A DNA stretch of 64,000 nt from Microbacterium sp. (GTDB lineage: Bacteria; Actinomycetota; Actinomycetes; Actinomycetales; Microbacteriaceae): the NCBI GenBank assembly GCA_029239165.1, contig JAQZBG010000001.1, positions 23,539 through 87,538 on the forward strand. Direction: 5' to 3'. The translations under genes were made by a program, and so were the position numbers. How positions within the stretch are numbered: the first letter of the stretch is position 1; each line of letters begins with the position of its first letter. Positions 53,769 to 62,203 of the stretch are shown here, one piece after another. The notes beneath the pieces were generated by a model that did not search any database, was not told the origin of the DNA, and saw nothing but the letters and a program-made list of their open reading frames with translations.

Positions 53769-54211
53769 CCACCAGAATCCCGGTGACCCTCGAAGGGAAC
53801 CTCACCGCCGACCCGGACCACGGGATCGCCGACAGCGGCAACCCCTACGCCCGCTTCACCGTCGCCGTAAACGACCGCCGACTCAATCAAGCGACGAATC
53901 AGTGGGAAGACGCCGGCACCGTCTACCACCGCGTCGTTGTCTTCGACCGGCAAGCCCGCCACGTCGCCGACTCTCTTCACAAGGGCGACGCCGTCCTCGT
54001 CGCCGGCGACCTCAGGTTCGGGACATACACGGACCCCGACAGCGGCACCACACGCGAGACCCGCGACGTGATCGCCGACAACGTCGGAGCCTCGCTCAAG
54101 TTCACCAACATCGAAATCGACCACGCCCCAAAAGCTGACGGCCCCGCAGCAACCGCCACGGGGCCGTCCGCCACACCGGCATCGCACGCCGGAGCAGGAT
54201 TCGCACGCTGA
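53765..54211 (+). CDS. ssb: Single-stranded DNA-binding protein
   Basis: GNLTADP, FTVAVN.R, A.HVA.SL.KGD.VLV.G, A..VGASL. Confidence 0.9.
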   Translation: MTTRIPVTLEGNLTADPDHGIADSGNPYARFTVAVNDRRLNQATNQWEDAGTVYHRVVVFDRQARHVADSLHKGDAVLVAGDLRFGTYTDPDSGTTRETRDVIADNVGASLKFTNIEIDHAPKADGPAATATGPSATPASHAGAGFAR

Positions 54212-54219
54212 CTGAACCA

Positions 54220-54261
54220 ACAGAAGCGGGCGGGAGTCATCGTACTCCCGCCCGCTTCTGT
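54220..54261 (+). terminator. Terminator of the conjugation operon
   Basis: ACAGAAGCGGGCGGGAGT-CATCGT-ACTCCCGCCCGCTTCTGT, 18-bp perfect stem just after the ssb stop. Confidence 0.8.
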
Positions 54262-54461
54262 CTGGCGGGGCAGGATTCGTGCCGCCCAGCGGCTGTGTTC
54301 TGATTGACCGCGGTTCGCGATTTGACTGGCCCCCTGGCTCCGCGCCGGTCTTCGCTCGATTGGGCTGCCCGTGCCGGAGTCGCGATCGATGCGCACTTGT
54401 GTGGCCTTGCGGCACGAGTTGAGATTCCGTAAGCGGTAAGGTCGGCTGCAACACCTGGGGG

Positions 54462-55577
54462 ATGCGCTTGAGCTTCACGAATATACTCGAGAACCGATGG
54501 TTTGCGATCGTTGGACGAGCCCTGCTTCTAACGGGTTTCGGCGTCGTTGGACTTACGTTCATCGTCAATCCGATGTACCAGGGCGCGAATGAACCGCGCC
54601 CGCCGCTGCAAGCTAGCGGCGATCTCGTCGGCGTCTCGCTCGCGGAATCAGCCGGCGCGATGCCTTCGACGTGGGTCACATTAGAGGCGAGCGCTCCTAC
54701 TGAGGAGTCCACTTCTCAGTTGCAGATTACGCTTCAGTTCGACGACTCTTCGGAGCTTTCCTCCGCCACTGGAACGATCTTCATACAAGGGCGCCTCGCG
54801 GCAGCTTTTACTGCATGCGACCAGGGTCAAGCTGAGTCGAAGGACTTCAACGAGTTTGTCGAAGCGGACAAGCAGCTGACTTACCGCCTCATGCGAGACA
54901 CTGCGGGCGACCCGTCGACCTCCGAATTGGTGCTTGCGGAGCAGGCGGCTCGGTTCGAGTTCCAGCAGATTTCCTTTAGCGAGAATTTCGAGCCGGGTGC
55001 AGGGAGCAAGATAGTTCAAATCAATTGCCTCCTGTCCAGTCCGACACTCTGGAATCATGTGTCGGGGTCCTACTGGGACGTGGAGATGCCCGCGGTGGGA
55101 GTGACTGCGTCGGTCCCAAACGCCGGAATGCCCGGTCAGACGAGCGACACCCGGCTTTTCTCAACTCTCTCTGTCGAACGGGGCGCACAGCTCTTCTACC
55201 AGGAGGGATACCCAGCGCCCTCAACAAGAGACCAAGAATCAGATTCCTTCACGGAAAGCTCAAATGGTTACTCATCTTCCGGCAGCCAGAGCTGGAAGCT
55301 TGCAGAAGCTATAAACGCGCGCTATTCAGACACCGTCGCTGAATCTAACAGCAGTTCGCAGGTCTTCTTCGCAGGCGTCCTGGCAGGGTTGTTCGCCTCC
55401 TTCATCGGTGCGGCCCTCTTGAGCGTTGTGGACGAAATGTTCAAGTTCCGCGTACTCGCACAGATCGACCCTCATGCGACTCCAGTCCAACCACAGCCTC
55501 CGGCTTCTCGCAGCCAACTTATACGCGCCCGCGGCCGTAGCTTTCTTGAGCGCATAAGACGTCACCCCACCAAGTGA
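54462..55577 (+). CDS. Hypothetical membrane protein (N- and C-terminal TM, large Ser/Thr-rich external domain)
   Basis: 371-aa ORF, visibly more AT-rich than the flanks; no family recognised. Confidence 0.6.
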   Translation: MRLSFTNILENRWFAIVGRALLLTGFGVVGLTFIVNPMYQGANEPRPPLQASGDLVGVSLAESAGAMPSTWVTLEASAPTEESTSQLQITLQFDDSSELSSATGTIFIQGRLAAAFTACDQGQAESKDFNEFVEADKQLTYRLMRDTAGDPSTSELVLAEQAARFEFQQISFSENFEPGAGSKIVQINCLLSSPTLWNHVSGSYWDVEMPAVGVTASVPNAGMPGQTSDTRLFSTLSVERGAQLFYQEGYPAPSTRDQESDSFTESSNGYSSSGSQSWKLAEAINARYSDTVAESNSSSQVFFAGVLAGLFASFIGAALLSVVDEMFKFRVLAQIDPHATPVQPQPPASRSQLIRARGRSFLERIRRHPTK

Positions 55578-55712
55578 GCATCGGCTAGCGCCGAATCGCC
55601 CGCCCGGCCCGGCAAGAGGAATTGCAGTTGGCCCCGTCCTGCACCGCGGTGGGAGCCACAGTCACCGCTGTGCTCGGCGGCTAGGCCGCAGCCGTCCGGA
55701 AGGAGACGATCG

Positions 55713-55991
55713 TTGGCCTGGTGGTTGCTCAAAGCTACGGAGGTAGCCCTGCGGCTCGTTCTGCCGCTGGCCCTGTTGTCCGTGGGGCTGCTCCTGCTGT
55801 GGTATGGCACGACTCTGCTTCAAGCAGGAGCGGACACATCCGTTGCGTGGGGTGTCCTCACTCCCAGCATCATCACGGTCCTTCTGGGCGTCGCCACTCT
55901 TGTACTGATGAACACGAAGAAGGCGAGGGAGCGGTGGAGACCGTTTACGATCCCGGCGGACGAGCCGCGCAAGCATGATTCCGACGAGTAG
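55713..55991 (+). CDS. Small 2-TM hypothetical protein
   Basis: AAGGAG RBS 7 nt before TTG; two hydrophobic helices. Confidence 0.55.
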   Translation: MAWWLLKATEVALRLVLPLALLSVGLLLLWYGTTLLQAGADTSVAWGVLTPSIITVLLGVATLVLMNTKKARERWRPFTIPADEPRKHDSDE

Positions 55992-56215
55992 CCGCGCGCT
56001 AGGCTGAGCGTTCCGGAGCGGTCCTGCGTGTGTGATCTCGCCCGGATTCCTAGAGGCCAAAGGGCCGCCGCCTGCGAAGCCTGAGATCCACGGCCGCCGC
56101 GGCGTGGATCCGGCTTCCGTAACTTCGCACGTAGTTCAAGCGCCTCGAAGCTTCAAGCGGTGAGTGAGCCGGCGCGTCGGCACGCCGCTACGTTATGCGA
56201 CCGGCACGCGCCCGA

Positions 56216-58948
56216 CTACAAAGTTCGCGAGCCCGCAGGCGACAACCGCACAGTGTGTGTTTCGCGCGGGCGCGCGGCGCGAAATAGCTCTGCCGCAGCG
56301 GCACGGCGCGACTCGTCGATGGTCGCTTCTGGTCGACCACGACGCAAGCATTGGGCGACGACAGCTCGAGCAGCAGTGTCCGTTCCTGCGACGACTAGAG
56401 CCAGGTTCTCCACCCGGCCTCGCGTCATGCCGACGTAGAGCCCGGCTGCGTCAACCCCGGGGCCGACGATAGAGGTGTCAGTCGTCTCGCCCTGGATGCC
56501 ATGGACGGTGCTGGCGTAGGAGAGGTGCATTGCGTCGGCCGCATAGTCGGTCGACACAGTGCGGGCGTCATGCGGATCGCTCATGCTCACTAGCCGGATC
56601 CGCTCTCGCTCGATGCTAGCGACGGTCCAACGGGCTCGATTCTCGACGCCGGCGATACCGTCGTTGCGGCGGGTTTGCACAACGTCTCCTTCCAAGATTC
56701 GCTGCCCGCCCACGCCTGCGATCATCACCCCGCCACGGAGTTCACCCCGTTCCACTCGTTGCTGTTGGATTGCTTCATTGATGGCGTCCGCCTCGTCGTT
56801 CGTGCCGGTCACGAGCGCGATGGTCTTCCTGCGGTGTTGCGCGGCGAAGTAAGCGTCAACCATGCGTGTTTGCGCGTTCTGCTGGTCCGCGACGCGCAGG
56901 ATATGCCCGCCGGCGTGCAGAGATTCTGCGACGCCTGCGGCGTCCTCATCGGTCGTGGCGTCGCGCATGCGGAGGGTGAGAGCCGCGTAGTCCGGTTGCC
57001 GGAACCGGTGGACCGTGTCGAGTTCAACGGTTGCGGTGGCCCGTCGGGTGAGGAGCGCCATGGCTCCGGCGTGCCCAACCGGCATTGCCTGCAGGGGGTC
57101 TCCTACCATCGCAACGCTGGCCCCCGCTTCAGCGACGACGTCGAGGAGGGCGTTGGCCGAATGCAGATCAACCATGCCGGCTTCATCGACGACGATGCGG
57201 TCCAAGGCCCGCATGGGGTACCGGCGTGGACCTCGGTAAATGCCCCTTGTATCAGGGTCGGTATCTCCTTCCCGCAGTCGAGTCCACACTTCGGCGCCGG
57301 CATTGTCTCGAGTCCACCGCCAGCCGTGATCGCGCAGTAGCGCGTGAAGGCTAGACGTTTCGGCCCCGACCTCGCGGGCCGCAACGGACGCCGCCTTCTT
57401 TGTCGGCGCAACGATCAGCAAGCGACGACGTTGCATCATCAGCGCGGCACGGGCGACTCGAAGCATCGATGTCTTTCCGGAGCCGGCGGGTCCCGTCACC
57501 GAAACCAAACGGTCCGTGCCGGCAATCGCCGCCGCGGCATCCACTTGCCGTCGCCCCAAGGACATTCCTGACTGGAGTACCCGACGCGCTATGCGCTCGA
57601 TCGCTTCTGCTGCGGGACGGATGCCCGGCTCCGCGAGACGCTCGAGCTTCACGGTGAGGTCGCTCTTCAGCATGGCCGTCGTTGTCGCCATAAACCCCTT
57701 GACGTGCGCCGGGACGGTGTCTTGGTGAACGAGGAAGTCGACGAGTTCTTGCGCCGCCAGCTGCACTATCTGATCGATCAGTGGTTGCAGTTTGCGGCGA
57801 TCAGCGATGACGCCGGAGGCCGCGACGGCGCGCAGGGCCCCGGCGCGGAGGTCGAACATGCTGAACCGTCCGCCACATCCGGTTGACCGCTGGTCCGCGT
57901 CGACCACTGCCCGCGCGGCCAGCACCGCGACGCCCGGGGTGGCGTAGATCCCAGAAATGAACTTCGAGGCGCGCCTTAGGCAAATTGTTGGGTCGATACC
58001 GCGGAGCTCGTCTCTGACGTTGTCCTCCCAGTCGTCCTCGTCCAGCCGGCTTGGCTTGTTGGGGCGTTCAAGCGCCCACGCGCGGCGATCTATGGACCGG
58101 AGATCGTCGGCGGACGGACGGCGCCCTGGTTGCTCGCGAGCCCACTGTTCGAGGAGCTGCGCGCGGTTGGCTTCGATCTGATTTGACCGTCGCGACATGG
58201 GCTTCACCACGTGAACGAGTTCCGCGATCTCGCCGTCAGCGTTCAAGGTGTAGCCGTGCCGCGCGAGAGCGGCCAGCCAGTCAGGGTCGGTGCGGGCCGC
58301 GAGATCACCCTCTGCGTTGACGACCGTGTGGAAGCGCATGGCCACACGGGAGTCAACGTTCGACCACGCACCGTCGACACCACGTACTTTTGCGCCCAGC
58401 CACAGGTGACGGTGGATGTGCGGGTCCAGAGACCTCGATCGACGGTGGCGGAGCTCCACCACCTCGATTCGCGACAGCCCCTCTCGCACACGACCCCCCG
58501 CGCCCCGCCGCGCATTCAACTCCGTCGCCCACGAGAGGATCACCCGATCGCGAAGACGGTCCTGGAGCGCTTCGAACTCGAGCGCCAACTCCGGATGCAG
58601 AAGCGTCGCAACGCTAATTGACTTCGGCACGTTGATCGTGCCGTCGAGGACGAGGTCCGCGTCGGGACTAGCGAGAACACGGCCGCGCGGCGCCCCCGTT
58701 TCCGGATCGCGTCCGTCGACCCACTTCGTCAGCGCGTTTTCGTCGAACGTGTCAGCGGTGATCGTTCCGTCTTCAACGACGAACCGACTCACCGTTGGGC
58801 TGTCGCCGCGTCCGTACTGCGTCAGCGCAGCAACGCCGACAGACGTTCGAAGATGCGCGTCACAGGATCCTTCGAGCGCGTACGCCAGGGCTTGCTTCAC
58901 TCCGCGAGAATCAACGCCCCGTTTCCACCGCTCGAGCCCTCCGCGCAT
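56216..58948 (-). CDS. MobF (TrwC/TraI-like) relaxase fused to a RecD-like SF1 helicase
   Basis: DGTINVPKSIS (motif II), HRRSRSLDPHIHRH (HUH motif III), GPAGSGKT, VVDEAGMV, VGDPLQ, YASTVHGIQGET, YVGMTRGR. Confidence 0.9.
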   Translation of the reverse strand: MRGGLERWKRGVDSRGVKQALAYALEGSCDAHLRTSVGVAALTQYGRGDSPTVSRFVVEDGTITADTFDENALTKWVDGRDPETGAPRGRVLASPDADLVLDGTINVPKSISVATLLHPELALEFEALQDRLRDRVILSWATELNARRGAGGRVREGLSRIEVVELRHRRSRSLDPHIHRHLWLGAKVRGVDGAWSNVDSRVAMRFHTVVNAEGDLAARTDPDWLAALARHGYTLNADGEIAELVHVVKPMSRRSNQIEANRAQLLEQWAREQPGRRPSADDLRSIDRRAWALERPNKPSRLDEDDWEDNVRDELRGIDPTICLRRASKFISGIYATPGVAVLAARAVVDADQRSTGCGGRFSMFDLRAGALRAVAASGVIADRRKLQPLIDQIVQLAAQELVDFLVHQDTVPAHVKGFMATTTAMLKSDLTVKLERLAEPGIRPAAEAIERIARRVLQSGMSLGRRQVDAAAAIAGTDRLVSVTGPAGSGKTSMLRVARAALMMQRRRLLIVAPTKKAASVAAREVGAETSSLHALLRDHGWRWTRDNAGAEVWTRLREGDTDPDTRGIYRGPRRYPMRALDRIVVDEAGMVDLHSANALLDVVAEAGASVAMVGDPLQAMPVGHAGAMALLTRRATATVELDTVHRFRQPDYAALTLRMRDATTDEDAAGVAESLHAGGHILRVADQQNAQTRMVDAYFAAQHRRKTIALVTGTNDEADAINEAIQQQRVERGELRGGVMIAGVGGQRILEGDVVQTRRNDGIAGVENRARWTVASIERERIRLVSMSDPHDARTVSTDYAADAMHLSYASTVHGIQGETTDTSIVGPGVDAAGLYVGMTRGRVENLALVVAGTDTAARAVVAQCLRRGRPEATIDESRRAAAAELFRAARPRETHTVRLSPAGSRTL

Positions 58949-59078
58949 GTCAGCAGGCTACGCGGTTATGTGCATCCGCACCAGCGTTTCACAGTAAGTG
59001 CCTGCGTGCATTGCAGTTTCGGCTATTCATGGGCGACTCGCCGCGATGCGTCGATGAGCGCCTGGCCTGGACACCTCG

Positions 59079-60182
59079 CTAGCGCGCGCCAATGCGCACC
59101 TCGATTACTTGCCGCCACTTAATTACCTCCGCTGCGTCCTCTGGCCGAAGCGTTCGCATATGGGCGAGTCGATTTCGGATGGGCATGATCTGAGCGCTGA
59201 ACTGGCGCCACAGAGCCGCGGTCATGCCGAGGTCGCCGATCTCTGAACGATCCTTCAGCTGCAACAGTTCGCCAAGCGAGAGCCATTCGAGCGGATCGCG
59301 GAGCTGCTTGATCGAGGTCGCTCCGAGATAGGCAGCTTCAGTCGCGCGCTCGAGAACCTTCGAGGGCAGGTCGCCGTTTAGGCATTGCTGTCGCCATGAT
59401 GTCGACCACGCTGACTTGGCGCGCTTGCGGATCTCCCGGCGTATCGTGCGCTCGATCCTCCACAATCCCGCGCTCACATCGAAGAGCTGTTGTGGAGCAT
59501 CCAGTTCACCGGCAAGCACATCATCCAGCGCGCTCTTAAGTGGTGCGAGGTGCTTAGGGAAGTTCCACGCGCGCGAATCCTTGGTGCGTCGGGTGATACC
59601 CGAAGCGTCAAGGGCTTCGACTTCTCGTGCACTCAACAAGCTCAAGGCGACTTCGCCCGTTATAAGGTTCTCGTAGATAACCCGATCCAGCGCAGCACAC
59701 AGCTCGGGACCGAGTTCGGCGAGTGCGCGACACAGCGCTTCGGCGGGGGCTACCTCGTCGACGGCGCAGGTCGGCCAGTGTGCGTGTCCCCCGACCGGAA
59801 CGGTTGGCGCATGGGCGAAGCTCGCATCATCGAGTAGCGAACTCCCTACGACCCGAGGAAAGGCAATTCGTGGCGCCCTTGAAAGCAGAATGACGTGACC
59901 GCCCGCCTCGACCTCAGCGAAGACCCTCTCTCGAAGCGGACCGAACTGCCCGCGCGCAGCAGGCCCCGCTAGCGACTCAAGGCCGTCGATCACGATCAGA
60001 CGGCGAGCTGGGGGCTCCTCCGACTGGAGGTATTCAGAAATCTCCTTGCTCTCGGTGAGCGTCGACGTCAAGGCACGTCGAGCTGGTTCGTTACTGTGTC
60101 CAAGCTGAAGGAACACGATTCGGAGCTGCTCAGCTTTTCGACGGATACTGGCGACCCACTCTTCATAGTCGTACTCGGTCAC
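59079..60182 (-). CDS. HEPN (Swt1-like) putative RNase with an N-terminal degenerate P-loop/STAND-like region
   Basis: C-terminal IERTIR...[11 protein letters not shown]...IRNRLAH (RxxxxH at 59160-59177); N-terminal LIVIDGLE Walker-B-like strand with no Walker A; GTG overlaps the upstream TGA. Confidence 0.7.
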   Translation of the reverse strand: MTEYDYEEWVASIRRKAEQLRIVFLQLGHSNEPARRALTSTLTESKEISEYLQSEEPPARRLIVIDGLESLAGPAARGQFGPLRERVFAEVEAGGHVILLSRAPRIAFPRVVGSSLLDDASFAHAPTVPVGGHAHWPTCAVDEVAPAEALCRALAELGPELCAALDRVIYENLITGEVALSLLSAREVEALDASGITRRTKDSRAWNFPKHLAPLKSALDDVLAGELDAPQQLFDVSAGLWRIERTIRREIRKRAKSAWSTSWRQQCLNGDLPSKVLERATEAAYLGATSIKQLRDPLEWLSLGELLQLKDRSEIGDLGMTAALWRQFSAQIMPIRNRLAHMRTLRPEDAAEVIKWRQVIEVRIGAR

Positions 60183-61987
60183 ACGAGCTCCAGGAGGACG
60201 CTTACTTCATAGTCGCCGTCGCGCTGGTGTATCAGTCCGAGGTCCGTGAGACGTCTGACAGCCACGTGCTCGGCAGACGCCAGCTCCTTAAAGTCCTCTG
60301 GACTGTCGATCAGGAGCTCGAGCATGATGGCCTCTGTGGCGTAGTAGCGCTTAACGTGCTGGACGATCTCCTCTATGTTCCCCTGAACCCGACTTTTCCA
60401 ATCAGCCAGTTCCGTCAACACCGACGAACGAGTCATCGTCCGCTGAAACACGTCCGTCGGGAGGTGATCGACAACCGCGGAGCTGAGATTGCGGTAGAGG
60501 TATGCATGGCCCCCGGACGCCTGATGCAGCGCTTCGAGGGCGCCTGGCTCAATCTGTATTCCCATTTTCCCGCCGACAGTGCTCGCCAAGTCATCAGCCT
60601 CTTCACGCTCGAGCGGCTTCACGTACACCGCCTTGGCCCAGGAGAAGAGTGGGTTAGGACGACCGTAAAGCCGTCCGCCCTCGATGATTGCGCTCGTGAG
60701 TCCCGACAGCACGAAAGTGAAGTTGTCGGATTCCTGGACGACGCTTCGAAGCGCGGATAACAACTGCGCCACCCGGGGCATATCGCCTTCGGCAATATCG
60801 ATCCGATCGGCTGGAGTCAGGTACTCGATCTCATCGAGGAGCAGCAGGACCCGGTGGCCGCTCTTGTGCAGATGTTTGAGAACGGCTTGAAGTGCGTACT
60901 TCAGCTCCAGGATGGTTGGCCGGTCGGCAAGTTGAGACAGCTCCTGTGTCCGCAGCCGGCGCGCTTTGAGTTCGTCGATGAGTCGGCGCCGGAGGTCGGC
61001 GACGATATCGTCGCTGGGATCTTCGGGAGGAGATGGAAATGCCTCGAGGTCCATCAGAACCGTCACAACCTGGTCTTCGCCTAATTCGTCCTTCAGCTGC
61101 ATCAAAATGCTTGTCTTGCCGGATTTGCGTAGTCCGAATACTCCTGTCACGCGTTGGTTGAACACATCGTCGCGAAGGGACTGCAGGAGGGTCCGGCGAC
61201 CGAAGAAGCTCGCCCCGTGCACCGGGGTGGTCATGTAGAAGAGATCCCGCGTGTAGATGTGATCCCGGAGCAACGTGATGAGGGACAACTCATCTTCATC
61301 GTCGACCAAGAACGGAATCGCGAGCTTGGAGGGACGGGACCAGTCGTTGAGCTTCACGCGCAATCGACGGTCGGGGGACCACATGAAGAACGTGTCAGGC
61401 GTGACGGAGCGGCCGGCGTTCGCTACTTCTCGCGCCGCGGCCTCAAACGTTCGACCTTGCAGATCGTCGTGCGGACTGTAAAAGATCATGACTTCGCGAG
61501 TGAACCCGAATCCGGCTTCGATCGCTCCACTGAAACGCACATGAACGATGGCGCAGTCGCGAAACCCCTCCGCACGGCTGAATCCCGCGTAAACAACTTG
61601 GGACCCCAGGCTTCGAAGCGCGTCCATGTGTTCGCGAAGGATCGGATATTTGAATCGGACACGGTCGATGTTCGCCAACAGATCGGGATGCTGCGGCGCG
61701 CGCACCGGCGCGGAGCGCCAGCCATGCTGGCGCAGCGACGGAGCTGTGGGGTCGAAACTGGGGCTGTCGATGTAGGGATCGACGTGATCGCGTCGTGTTG
61801 CGGACGGCCGACGCGGTGGGGTGGCGGCCGCGACTCCAAAGGAGGATCGCACCTTCGCGGCAACGGGCGCCTCGACCGTAGACGTTGGCCCCTTGACGAA
61901 CTCCCCCAGCTCCCGAAGTCGCGCCAGCACCAGTCGGACATCGATCTCAAGATCCAACGCAAGTTCGTGTACTCGAATCCTTGCCAT
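60179..61987 (-). CDS. STAND-like AAA ATPase with an N-terminal IF2-N-like domain
   Basis: ATG 61987 with GAGGGGG RBS; [13 protein letters not shown]...[19 protein letters not shown]; [29 protein letters not shown]-terminal wHTH LTDLGLI. Confidence 0.8.
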   Translation of the reverse strand: MARIRVHELALDLEIDVRLVLARLRELGEFVKGPTSTVEAPVAAKVRSSFGVAAATPPRRPSATRRDHVDPYIDSPSFDPTAPSLRQHGWRSAPVRAPQHPDLLANIDRVRFKYPILREHMDALRSLGSQVVYAGFSRAEGFRDCAIVHVRFSGAIEAGFGFTREVMIFYSPHDDLQGRTFEAAAREVANAGRSVTPDTFFMWSPDRRLRVKLNDWSRPSKLAIPFLVDDEDELSLITLLRDHIYTRDLFYMTTPVHGASFFGRRTLLQSLRDDVFNQRVTGVFGLRKSGKTSILMQLKDELGEDQVVTVLMDLEAFPSPPEDPSDDIVADLRRRLIDELKARRLRTQELSQLADRPTILELKYALQAVLKHLHKSGHRVLLLLDEIEYLTPADRIDIAEGDMPRVAQLLSALRSVVQESDNFTFVLSGLTSAIIEGGRLYGRPNPLFSWAKAVYVKPLEREEADDLASTVGGKMGIQIEPGALEALHQASGGHAYLYRNLSSAVVDHLPTDVFQRTMTRSSVLTELADWKSRVQGNIEEIVQHVKRYYATEAIMLELLIDSPEDFKELASAEHVAVRRLTDLGLIHQRDGDYEVSVLLELV

Positions 61988-62203
61988 CTTCCGTTCCCCC
62001 TCACTCCCATTCCTATACTGTCGGACGCGTGCGGTGACTCGACATCGCGACTCTGGGTCACCTGCGACAGAGGACGCCGACAACACCGACCGCGAAAGCT
62101 CCGCGCGGTGCCCCACCACGAGCCCCAGGACTCTGAGCAGATAGCGTGATCGGGAGCGCTGGCTGGTGGAATAGCGGACAGGGTCCTTAGGGGGAACTCG
62201 CAC

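Noticed and set aside
56085-56110. GATCCACG...CGTGGATC hairpin as oriT or ncRNA
   Set aside because: Only an 8-bp stem between convergent genes; could be a terminator or chance
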